From positions 82,909 through 144,248 of the forward strand of contig CAYOXM010000001.1 of NCBI GenBank assembly GCA_964407925.1: DNA of 61,340 nt. The letters are read 5' to 3'. Numbering within the stretch: the stretch's first letter is position 1; the number at the start of each line of letters is the position of its first letter. The notes beneath the pieces are model-generated. The model worked only from the letters and a program-made list of their open reading frames with translations, had not been told where the DNA came from and ran no database searches. A program made the translations under genes and the position numbers. Of this stretch, positions 8,301 to 15,140 are shown one piece after another. Source of the DNA: an uncultured Gammaproteobacteria bacterium (GTDB lineage Bacteria > Patescibacteriota > Patescibacteriia > SG8-24).

Positions 8301-8689
8301 TGGAGATGGGGAGAATTGAACTCCCGTCTGGCGAGTCTTCCCACGACACGTCTACAAGCGTATCCCGTTTGGTCTCTCGGCCCGCCGGTGCGAAACGGGA
8401 CAAATCCGGCGAACCAACCTCAGGTGCAATTCGGCCGTGCCGTCAGAGGCCCGGCAGGCTCTGCCTGATATATGACACCCGTACCCCGCCTATCAGGCGT
8501 CGGCGGGACGGATGGGCTCAGGCGTTACGCGAGAGCCGGAGCGAACGAAGGGGAGAACGCTTTCGCGAACGCACCCTTCACCCGCGCGAGCAAGTTTGCA
8601 CTTGTTCATTTGTCCGTGGGTTTACGAGACAACGGACGTCCTCGGCTTGCATGTCATGAAACGAGCTCCCATCGATGCCGGTCATCCCC
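8298..8689 (-). ncRNA. ssrA: tmRNA
   Basis: 5' GGGGATG pairs with 3' CATCTCC-A-CCA; T-arm GGGAG-TTCAATT-CTCCC. Tag ORF 8599..8525 encodes ANLLARVKGAFAKAFSPSFAPALA*. Directly downstream of smpB. Confidence 0.95.
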
Positions 8690-8706
8690 GTTTTGGAGAT
8701 CCCGGA

Positions 8707-8780
8707 GGTTCAAAGGTTAGAGGTTCAAAGGTTAGAGCGTACGATCGCTCTAACCTCTAACCTTTGGGGCTCTAACCTTT
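8707..8780. repeat. Heptamer-period tract (AGGTTCA/AGGTTAG units) in inverted arrangement
   Basis: AAAGGTTAGAGGTTCAAAGGTTAGAGCG facing CGCTCTAACCTCTAACCTTT; similar tracts at 18951 and 20484. Confidence 0.7.
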
Positions 8781-9215
8781 CAATGCCCGCCTGATTTCCC
8801 TATCGACGTCGCGGCGTTTGATCTGATCCTTCTTCTCGAACTGCTTCTTTCCGCGACCGATACCGAACTCAAGCTTGATCTTCGAGCCCTTAGTGTAGAC
8901 CGAAATCGGCACCAAAGTCAATCCTTTCTGCTCCATTTTTCCCGACAACTTCGCAAGTTCCCGCTTGTGCACGAGGAGCTGACGGGTGCGGTCGGGATCG
9001 TAGTCGGGCAGCGGTCCGGCCTGCGGATAGCGCTGGATGTGGCTGCCGATGAGCCTCGCACCGCCGTTCGCAATCGTGACGTACGAGCCGAGCAGGCTCA
9101 TCCGGCCGGCGCGGACGGACTTCACTTCATGCCCATACAGCACCAATCCGGCCTCGAGGGTGTCGAGGATCTCATAGTCGTATTTCGCCCTCTTGTTCAC
9201 GGCGAGCGTCGGCAT
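8772..9215 (-). CDS. smpB: SsrA-binding protein
   Basis: NKRAKYDYEILDTLEAGLVLYGHEVKSVR, RTRQLLVHKREL, GLTLVP and GRGKKQFEKKDQIK. True start is ATG 9215. Confidence 0.97.
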   Translation of the reverse strand: MPTLAVNKRAKYDYEILDTLEAGLVLYGHEVKSVRAGRMSLLGSYVTIANGGARLIGSHIQRYPQAGPLPDYDPDRTRQLLVHKRELAKLSGKMEQKGLTLVPISVYTKGSKIKLEFGIGRGKKQFEKKDQIKRRDVDREIRRALKG

Positions 9216-9231
9216 AAGCGTGACGATTTCT

Positions 9232-9260
9232 ACTCTACCCCGCCCCGCATCAACGCTCAA
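9232..9260 (-). promoter_or_regulatory. Sigma70 promoter TTGAGC-17-TAGAGT for smpB-ssrA
   Basis: 17-nt spacer; 16 nt upstream of the smpB ATG. Confidence 0.5.
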
Positions 9261-9288
9261 CCTGCAGCCTCGCCGTCGAGATGCTCGC

Positions 9289-9395
9289 GCCGAAGCCAGG
9301 CGGGGAGGCGCGGCTCCTGGCGGCCCGACCAAGGGTCGGGCCCTCGCTCCGACTCGGGTTTACCCGCCCGGAGCCGCGCCTCCCCGCCTTGCGGC
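9289..9395. other. Unexplained branched hairpin (perfect 20-bp closing stem with two internal stem-loops)
   Basis: AGGCGGGGAGGCGCGGCTCC / GGAGCCGCGCCTCCCCGCCT enclosing CCCGACC-AAG-GGTCGGG and CGGG-TTTA-CCCG. Confidence 0.6.
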
Positions 9396-9506
9396 CACCT
9401 CCATATACGAGGTCATATCCACCTTGTCGTACCGGACTTAACCCAGAATCTAATCCTGTATTTCTGGATCCCGAGTCTCAGCCCGAGATGACAGTCGCCT
9501 TGCTCT

Positions 9507-9604
9507 GCGGCAGGGCACCTCGTCGTCGAGACCGTGAACCTCTCGTCGAGGCGGTCCGATGATACCGCCTCGATCGGGGCTCGACGACGACGGTGCCCCG
9601 CCGC
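9507..9604 (-). repeat. Structured intergenic element, family B copy 2
   Basis: Minus strand reads GGGCACC-GTCGTCGTCGAGCCCCG-ATCGAGGCGGT...ACCGCCTCGA-CGAGAGGTTCACGGTCTCGACGACGA-GGTGCCCTGCCGC; shares core and terminal CCTGCCGC with 5763..5868. Confidence 0.65.
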
Positions 9605-9638
9605 CCATAATTTTTAAAAACCGCCAAGCACCTCCCCC

Positions 9639-9667
9639 TTGCATATCCCCAAAAAAACGCGTACTGT
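9639..9667 (+). promoter_or_regulatory. Sigma70 promoter TTGCAT-17-TACTGT for infC-rpmI-rplT
   Basis: 17-nt spacer; 30 nt upstream of infC. Confidence 0.55.
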
Positions 9668-9697
9668 GGCCTCGTTATCTCTTAACCTCTTACGACC

Positions 9698-10246
9698 TTG
9701 CGAATTTCACGTCGGCGATTCAAACCGAAACCGGTGAAGGTGATGTATCTCGTGAACGAGAACATCCGGTTCACGGACCTGCGCGTCCTAGGCGCGGAGG
9801 GAGAACATCTGGGAGTGATGCCGACGGCTGAAGCGCTCGCCAAGGCGAAAGAGGCCGAACTCGACCTGGTCGTCATCCAGTCGAAGTCCGAGCCGCCCAT
9901 CGCGAAAATCGTCGATTTCGGTCGATACAAGTACGAACAGGACAAGGAGGCGCAGAAGGCCAAGGCCAAGCAGAAAACGGTCGAGGTCAAAGGCATCCGC
10001 CTCTCGGTCCGCATCGGCGAGCATGACTTGGACGTCCGCAAGGAACAGGCCAAGAAGTTCCTCGATCAGGGTGACAAGGTGAAGGTGGAAATCATCCTCC
10101 GCGGCCGCGAAAAACGGTTCGGTGACCTCGCTAAGCAGGTCATCGAGCAGTTCATCCAGCGTCTGAACGCCGACGTTCCCGTTAAAATGGAACAGCCGGT
10201 CACCCGACAGGGCGGACAGTTGACAAGTATCGTAGGTAAGGCATAA
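9698..10246 (+). CDS. infC: Translation initiation factor IF-3
   Basis: NENIRFTDLRVLGAEGEHLGVM, PPIAKIVDFGRYKYE, EVKGIRLSVRIGEHDL and GDKVKVEIILRGRE. TTG start. Confidence 0.97.
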   Translation: MRISRRRFKPKPVKVMYLVNENIRFTDLRVLGAEGEHLGVMPTAEALAKAKEAELDLVVIQSKSEPPIAKIVDFGRYKYEQDKEAQKAKAKQKTVEVKGIRLSVRIGEHDLDVRKEQAKKFLDQGDKVKVEIILRGREKRFGDLAKQVIEQFIQRLNADVPVKMEQPVTRQGGQLTSIVGKA

Positions 10247-10319
10247 TACGCAGGAATCAGGCGGGACTTGCCCCCGCGAAGGGGCGAGTTCTGTTATTTA
10301 CGGCCAATTCGGCTTTCTT

Positions 10320-10508
10320 ATGAAGACCCACAACGCCATCTCCAAGCGGTTCAAGGTCACGAAGGGCGGCAAAATCCTGAAGCGCGCCGCCGGCCAGGAC
10401 CACTTCAACGCCCGCGAGTCCGGAAACACGACCCGCAAGAAGCGCCGGGATAAGACCCAGCACCCCGCGTTTGCCAAGACGATTAAGAAGCTGGTCCAGC
10501 AGCAATAA
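10320..10508 (+). CDS. rpmI: 50S ribosomal protein bL35
   Basis: MKTHNAISKRFKVTKGGKILKR...HFN; lies between infC and rplT. Confidence 0.93.
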   Translation: MKTHNAISKRFKVTKGGKILKRAAGQDHFNARESGNTTRKKRRDKTQHPAFAKTIKKLVQQQ

Positions 10509-10511
10509 GCT

Positions 10512-10859
10512 ATGCCGCGCGTCAAACGTGGAAAAACTCACCTCAAGCGCCGCAAGAACCTGCTTGCCCAGACGAAGGGCTACATGTGGGGGCGCAAGAG
10601 CAAGATCAAGCTCGCGAAGGTCGCCGTGCTCAAGGCAGGTAAGAACGCCTACCGCGACCGCCGCCTCAAGAAGCGCTCGATGCGCGGCCTCTGGCAGATC
10701 AAGATCAGCGCGGCCGCCCGCATGAGCGACATGAGCTACAGCAAGCTCATGGGCAGCCTCAAGAAGGCGAACGTGGCGCTGGACCGCAAGATCCTCGCCC
10801 AGCTCGCCGCGAACTACCCTGACGCATTCAAGGCCGTCGTGGCCACTGCCAAGAAATAA
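10512..10859 (+). CDS. rplT: 50S ribosomal protein bL20
   Basis: MPRVKRG, AYRDRRLKKRSMRGLWQIKISAA, SYSKLMGSLKKANVALDRKILAQLA. Confidence 0.97.
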   Translation: MPRVKRGKTHLKRRKNLLAQTKGYMWGRKSKIKLAKVAVLKAGKNAYRDRRLKKRSMRGLWQIKISAAARMSDMSYSKLMGSLKKANVALDRKILAQLAANYPDAFKAVVATAKK

Positions 10860-10865
10860 GGCGAG

Positions 10866-10899
10866 AACGTCCTCCGTGAGCGGAGGACGTTTTTGTTTT
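10866..10899 (+). terminator. Intrinsic terminator of infC-rpmI-rplT
   Basis: AACGTCCTCCG-TGAG-CGGAGGACGTT followed by a T-rich tail. Confidence 0.85.
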
Positions 10900-10919
10900 C
10901 TCACGGCCAACGACGACGG

Positions 10920-10948
10920 TTGACAAACCGGCATTTCTATGCTATGTT
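10920..10948 (+). promoter_or_regulatory. Sigma70 promoter TTGACA-17-TATGTT (extended -10 TG)
   Basis: Consensus -35, 17-nt spacer. Confidence 0.65.
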
Positions 10949-11056
10949 GCTTTGTCTCAAGCTCCGCTTGGACATGCCGCGGGAATTCCCCCGCGTCATC
11001 AATCCGTTCTGTACAACCCCATCGGCAGCAACCCGACGCAGCCAAGGAGATTGACC

Positions 11057-11704
11057 ATGACCACGAAGGAAACGGCCTCGGCCAACGGCAACGGCAGCAC
11101 CACGGCCACCCCTGCCCCCGCGACCGGCATCGACACGGACACGCTCCGCGAGATCGCCAATGCGGAGCAGGCCACCGGGTCGGCGGGCACGAGCACCGGC
11201 ACCGAGCCGATGCCCGCGGTCCCCGAGCCCGTCGCCGTTCCTCCGGCGGCAAACGTCGCTCCCACGCCCTCCGCCACCGAGCCCGGCACCGATGCCGGCG
11301 CTCCGCAGCGGGAGTGGGACAACGATCCGCCGGACGGCCACGAGCACGTCCCCGGCACGGCCAACCCGCGCACCACGCGGAAGATCGTGTACGGGGTCAT
11401 CGCCGCCGCCGTCATCGCCGCGCTTCTCGTCTTCGGCCGACTCCTCACGGGGACGGCCGCCGACACGGAGCAGGTGAAGACGCCGGTGCTGACCCCGGTC
11501 AGCCAGCCCGTCGCGCAAGCCGCGGCGACCGTCGTCCCCAAGGACACGGACGCCACGGAGTGCGCGACCATGGGCGTGTCGACCGACACGTTCCGCGACG
11601 GCTGGTGCACGGGCCGCGCTCCCGGCGCGTACCTGCTCGCCGACGACACGATGGCCTACTGCTCCTGTGCCAAGCCCAGGAAGGCGGCCGCCAGCGGCAA
11701 GTGA
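11057..11704 (+). CDS. Hypothetical Pro/Thr/Ala-rich single-pass membrane protein with small Cys-containing C-terminal domain
   Basis: AAGGAG RBS before ATG 11057; TM IVYGVIAAAVIAALLVFG; four Cys in the last ~55 aa. Confidence 0.7.
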   Translation: MTTKETASANGNGSTTATPAPATGIDTDTLREIANAEQATGSAGTSTGTEPMPAVPEPVAVPPAANVAPTPSATEPGTDAGAPQREWDNDPPDGHEHVPGTANPRTTRKIVYGVIAAAVIAALLVFGRLLTGTAADTEQVKTPVLTPVSQPVAQAAATVVPKDTDATECATMGVSTDTFRDGWCTGRAPGAYLLADDTMAYCSCAKPRKAAASGK

Positions 11705-11793
11705 TGCCGCGCTCGCGACGGGCGGCCGACCTCTTGGTTGGCCGCCCGTTTCATTGCCTGAACCGCACATCCAGAAACGAAGGGAGTCGACCA

Positions 11794-12786
11794 ATGTTCG
11801 AACACAAACGTCTGACCGCACGGGTCGAGCACGGGCAGAACCAGCTCGGCGTCGTCAACCGCGAGCTGCGACCGATGGTCATCCGCGTCTCCGATGACGC
11901 GGGCGAACCGGCCGCGTTCGTGCCGGTGAACATCCGCCGCCTCGACGAGGGACAGGGACACTTCGAGCTGATCGATCAGGAAACCGATCAGTCCGGGTGC
12001 GCCGCGGCCCTCTACGTTCCGGCGGAGATGACCACGCGCTACGAGATCGAGTTCCGCGTCGTCAACGGCGATGACAGCAGCGCCGCGGTGATCTTCCACG
12101 GATGCATCACGGATCCCCAGCTCGGCGAAGCCGTCGAGCTGCCCGTGACCATCGGGCTGAAGCGCACGGGGAGGTCCATCCACCCCCGCGCCGACGTCCC
12201 GGAGATGAACCCGGTGCTCGCGCCCGTCGCCACGGTCATCGAGCTGCCCAAGCCGGCGCGCGTGCCGACGATGATGCCCGCGGCCGCGGTCCCCCCGCCG
12301 CCGCAAGCGCCGTCGGCCGCCGCGAACGGCCTCAACGACCGCTGGTTCTCGGAAGCGCCGTCGCCCGCCGTCATGGCGGCCGCCGACGCGCCCGAGACGC
12401 CCGCCGCCGCGGAGACCGAACGGGACCCGTTCCCGGCCGCCCCGCCCGCGCCGCGCAGGGTCTCGGCAGTGCTCGCCGCGCCGGTCGTTCCCTCGACCGT
12501 CGCGCGAACGATGCCGAAGCCCAGGCCGGTTCCGACGCAGATGACGGTCGCGAAGGCCGCCGTGGCCTTCCGCCACCGTCGTCCGCCGAAGCGCGCGAAA
12601 CGCGAGCTGCCGCTCCGGTACCTCATCGCCGCGGCAGTGGCGCTGTGGGTGATCGTCGGCGCGGGTTTCCTCGTGATGATCGTCTCGAAGCCCCCCAGCT
12701 TCAAGAGCGGCCAGGTCACGGGAACCCGCCCCGATCACGCGGCGACCGCGTACGCGATGGGCGACACCGCGCCCGACGGCCGGTGA
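11794..12786 (+). CDS. Hypothetical protein: beta-rich N-terminal domain, Pro/Ala linker, C-terminal TM helix
   Basis: AAGGGAG RBS before ATG 11794 (in frame within the 10939..12786 track ORF); TM YLIAAAVALWVIVGAGFLVMIV. Confidence 0.7.
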   Translation: MFEHKRLTARVEHGQNQLGVVNRELRPMVIRVSDDAGEPAAFVPVNIRRLDEGQGHFELIDQETDQSGCAAALYVPAEMTTRYEIEFRVVNGDDSSAAVIFHGCITDPQLGEAVELPVTIGLKRTGRSIHPRADVPEMNPVLAPVATVIELPKPARVPTMMPAAAVPPPPQAPSAAANGLNDRWFSEAPSPAVMAAADAPETPAAAETERDPFPAAPPAPRRVSAVLAAPVVPSTVARTMPKPRPVPTQMTVAKAAVAFRHRRPPKRAKRELPLRYLIAAAVALWVIVGAGFLVMIVSKPPSFKSGQVTGTRPDHAATAYAMGDTAPDGR

Positions 12787-12792
12787 CACGAC

Positions 12793-12830
12793 GAGGCCCC
12801 TCCTTCTTCCGAAGGATGGGGCCTCTTTTT
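12793..12830 (+). terminator. Intrinsic terminator
   Basis: GAGGCCCC-TCCTTC-TTCC-GAAGGA-TGGGGCCTC-TTTTT. Confidence 0.8.
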
Positions 12831-12881
12831 ATCCCCGCAATCGGGATTCACGGGCGGGACCGCCGCTGGTACAGTGCCGCC

Positions 12882-13385
12882 ATGTTCACCAGCACGGACC
12901 AGTTCTTTCTCGCATGCCGCCCATTCGTCAGGCTGTTCGACGTCTGGGCGACAAGCGTCGCGCCGAACGCGACGGCGGACCATCTCTGTTACAAATGCGG
13001 GAGTCCGCGGGAGTTCGAGGCGCTGCGCTCGCTCTTCGAGGGCGAAAGCGCTTACCTCTACCAGTCCCTCATTTCACGGCGACGCATCGCTGTCATCAAG
13101 TTCCTCCGGCCCGTCACGACGGCCCTCGGCGACATCTGGTTCATGGAACTGTCGGACCAGAAGCCGGACGGAGGACAGGTCAGCGGATTCGATCACATCG
13201 AAATCTATCCGACGTCGGGCACGGTCGAGGCGCTTGCCGCCGCGCTCGAAGCGAAAGGCACCGCGTTCGAGAAGGTCTTCAGACCGCACCACACGACGTA
13301 CGACGCGGTCATCGGCGGGACGTTCAAGGTCCGCCTGGAGCCGGAAGCGCTGATTCAAAAAATCGCAGCGACGGAAATGCGCTAG
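12882..13385 (+). CDS. YecM-like VOC/glyoxalase-superfamily metalloprotein
   Basis: ADHLCYKC, SLISRRRIAVIK, FMELSDQK and GFDHIEIYP motifs. ATG 12882 lies 6 nt after a TACAGT -10. Confidence 0.75.
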   Translation: MFTSTDQFFLACRPFVRLFDVWATSVAPNATADHLCYKCGSPREFEALRSLFEGESAYLYQSLISRRRIAVIKFLRPVTTALGDIWFMELSDQKPDGGQVSGFDHIEIYPTSGTVEALAAALEAKGTAFEKVFRPHHTTYDAVIGGTFKVRLEPEALIQKIAATEMR

Positions 13386-13416
13386 ACCCGCCGTCAGGAA
13401 CGTGACGCGCATGACG

Positions 13417-13449
13417 AAAAAAGCCGCCCTGCCGGGCGGCGTTTTATTT
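13417..13449. terminator. Bidirectional terminator
   Basis: A6-GCCGCCC-TGCC-GGGCGGC-GTTTT between convergent genes. Confidence 0.7.
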
Positions 13450-14150
13450 CAGGCGAGGAGCCGTGGCACGGTCGCCGCGAAAGCGAACCGCTCGCGCCAG
13501 AACTCCTGCGTGCCGGCATCACGCTCCCTGACTTCCGAAGCGACGACGAGAAACGCCTGATCGCCGAGCCGTCGGCGCAGGCCGTGAAGATGTCCGTACC
13601 CGCATACCGCGATCATCGGACCGTGGCGCAGAATCGCGTCGGCCATCGCGGGCTCGCGACTGTCGCAGTAGCCCTCTTCGGTCTCCCGCATCCAGTTCCA
13701 ATGGTACGGATCGAAGGCCACGACGCGCCAGCCGAGCCGCAAAGCCTCCTGCATCTGCCAGTACCGGTTCATCCGCGGACCGCCTGCGCCGGGCCTGTCG
13801 TCCAGCGAGGAGCGCGGATCGAACTCCGTGAGCGTCCCTTCCGGACCGATGGCACGGAGGTGTTCCAATTCTTCGCGGAGGCCGGAATACGGCCCCTTGC
13901 CCACGCTGGCCGTCTCCACGCCAAGCATGCGGTATCCCCTTTCGTGGGCGGCGCGGATGAGGACGAGCGCGGCCTGAAGGCCGGCACGGTCAGCGTGATT
14001 TTCGCCGACGATGATCGTCTCGCCGCGGGCGGCGGCAAGAACTTCGTCCGCGCCCATGCCGCCCCTGCGCGGCTTCGGTCGAGTGGCGTACAGGAAGACC
14101 GCGGCCGCGATGAGCGCCGCGGCAATCACGATGTGAAAAATGAACTCCAT
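13449..14150 (-). CDS. Membrane-anchored putative metallohydrolase, TIKI/TraB/ChaN/EreA-like
   Basis: N-terminal TM; IIVGENH, LGVE, SREPAM and CGYGHL motifs in the order seen in that superfamily. GAGG RBS before ATG 14150. Confidence 0.55.
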   Translation of the reverse strand: MEFIFHIVIAAALIAAAVFLYATRPKPRRGGMGADEVLAAARGETIIVGENHADRAGLQAALVLIRAAHERGYRMLGVETASVGKGPYSGLREELEHLRAIGPEGTLTEFDPRSSLDDRPGAGGPRMNRYWQMQEALRLGWRVVAFDPYHWNWMRETEEGYCDSREPAMADAILRHGPMIAVCGYGHLHGLRRRLGDQAFLVVASEVRERDAGTQEFWRERFAFAATVPRLLA

Positions 14151-14158
14151 GTGCCACC

Positions 14159-14395
14159 TCACTCGTCATCGTCGGGAAGCTCGATACTGCAACCGCAACT
14201 GCACGTGACGGTTGCCAGCCAGCCGAGGTTCGAGGGCGTCAAGGAATACGAGAGCCGAGCACCGAGCATGCCCACGTCGGGCATCGTACGCTTCACCCCC
14301 TTGTCATCAACGACGATCGGACACGTCGCATCATGCCGTCTCAGCCATTCCGCGACGATTCTCTGGTCTTCGGCAGTAAGAACGACGTGCGCCAT
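14159..14395 (-). CDS. Small hypothetical protein with His/Cys cluster (possible Zn-binding)
   Basis: 78 aa; HDATCP and TCSCGC; AGGAGG RBS upstream. Confidence 0.65.
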   Translation of the reverse strand: MAHVVLTAEDQRIVAEWLRRHDATCPIVVDDKGVKRTMPDVGMLGARLSYSLTPSNLGWLATVTCSCGCSIELPDDDE

Positions 14396-14499
14396 GCGCC
14401 CCTCCTTTTGCGGGTAGCCGCGTCAGTTTTCCACGCCATCGTCGCCACGTCAAGATAATCGCGCCTTATTTTGACCGTTTTTTGATGACACGTAGGGAC

Positions 14500-14528
14500 T
14501 TGAAAAGAAATTGGCCTTCCCCTATAAT
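14500..14528 (+). promoter_or_regulatory. Strong sigma70 promoter TTGAAA-17-TATAAT
   Basis: Consensus -10 and 17-nt spacer; drives the tRNA-mimic / GIY-YIG / tRNA-Asp unit. Confidence 0.8.
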
Positions 14529-14544
14529 GACCTCACAAAAATTT

Positions 14545-14605
14545 GGGTCCGTGGTGTAGCCGGTTAACACGCCCCGCAGTCCTGCGGGGAGATCGAGGGT
14601 TCAAA
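14545..14605 (+). pseudogene. tRNA-Asp mimic (5' two-thirds) with the anticodon arm replaced by an 18-nt GC hairpin
   Basis: GGGTCCGTGGTGTAGCC-GGTTAACACG and AGATCGAGGGTTCAAA match 14850..14910; CCCCGCAGTCCTGCGGGG replaces TCTCCCTGTCACGGAGA; no 3' acceptor strand. Confidence 0.85.
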
Positions 14606-14606
14606 A

Positions 14607-14864
14607 ATGCCCTGCCACCTCTACATCCTTGAAAATACGGCGGGAAAGTATTACGTTGGCGTTACGCATGAATTGGAGCGGAGGCTCGCCGAGCACAATC
14701 GCGGGCAAAATGCATCGACCCGCGGTCGCGGACCATGGACGATGGTGTACACAGAGCTCTTCGGAAGTTCGGCTGAAGCGAAGTCGAGAGAGGCGGAAAT
14801 CAAGCGGAAGAAGAGGAAGAGCTATCTAAGATGGCTCGTCAAAAATTATGGGTCCGTGGTGTAG
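14607..14864 (+). CDS. Small stand-alone GIY-YIG nuclease
   Basis: LYILEN...YYVGVT, RRLAEHN, RGPWTMVYTE and SREAEIKR. ATG lies in the mimic's T-loop; the stop TAG is supplied by the tRNA-Asp 5' end. Confidence 0.9.
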   Translation: MPCHLYILENTAGKYYVGVTHELERRLAEHNRGQNASTRGRGPWTMVYTELFGSSAEAKSREAEIKRKKRKSYLRWLVKNYGSVV

Positions 14865-14927
14865 CCCGGTTAACACGTCTCCCTGTCACGGAGAAGATCG
14901 AGGGTTCAAATCCCTTCGGACCCGCCA
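14850..14927 (+). tRNA. tRNA-Asp(GTC)
   Basis: Acceptor GGGTCCG/CGGACCC + G-CCA; anticodon arm TCTCC-CTGTCAC-GGAGA; T-loop TTCAAAT. Confidence 0.96.
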
Positions 14928-14928
14928 C

Positions 14929-14961
14929 AAAGACATCACCTTCAGGTGGTGTTTTTGTTTT
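14929..14961 (+). terminator. Intrinsic terminator after tRNA-Asp
   Basis: ACATCACC-TTCA-GGTGGTGT followed by T-rich tail. Confidence 0.75.
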
Positions 14962-14963
14962 GC

Positions 14964-15047
14964 GTAGCCCGGTTAACACGCCCCGCGGTACCGCGGGGAG
15001 ATCGGGGGTTCAAATCTCCCGCAATACTGCGGGATCCCGCCCTACCT
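14964..15047 (+). pseudogene. Second tRNA-Asp mimic with two 18-nt palindromic hairpins
   Basis: GTAGCCCGGTTAACACG, then perfect palindrome CCCCGCGGTACCGCGGGG (14981-14998), AGATCGGGGGTTCAAATC, and TCCCGCA-ATAC-TGCGGGA (15017-15034). Confidence 0.8.
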
Positions 15048-15140
15048 TGACCAAAATCAGAGTGGCGGGACCTTCGGCCCCACAATGCCTGTGCTATCAT
15101 CAAATGAGCGGGGCGCGCTGGTGCCCGCAATTAGCGTCAT

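Noticed and set aside
8297-8659. ORFs across the tmRNA (e.g. MVEMGRIELPS...)
   Set aside because: Antisense translations of ssrA; the MGRIELPS pattern is the reverse complement of the T-arm and acceptor end.
9289-9604. Assignment as SRP RNA, 6S RNA, RNase P RNA, TPP riboswitch or L20 leader
   Set aside because: Hallmarks are missing: no CAGG..GGAA..AGCAG SRP loop, no GAGGAAAGUCC, and only an isolated CTGAGA without the rest of the TPP core. The region also lies upstream of the infC promoter, so it is not in its leader. Left unassigned.
10939-12786. 615-aa ORF read as a single protein
   Set aside because: The first 285 codons overlap the 11057..11704 gene in another frame and are junk-like. 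A good RBS and ATG at 11794 marks the real start.
14545-14605. Upstream tRNA-Asp copy as a functional or split (half) tRNA gene
   Set aside because: It lacks the 3' T-stem and acceptor strands, and the anticodon arm cannot form a 7-nt loop; no complementary half with trans-splicing leaders was seen.
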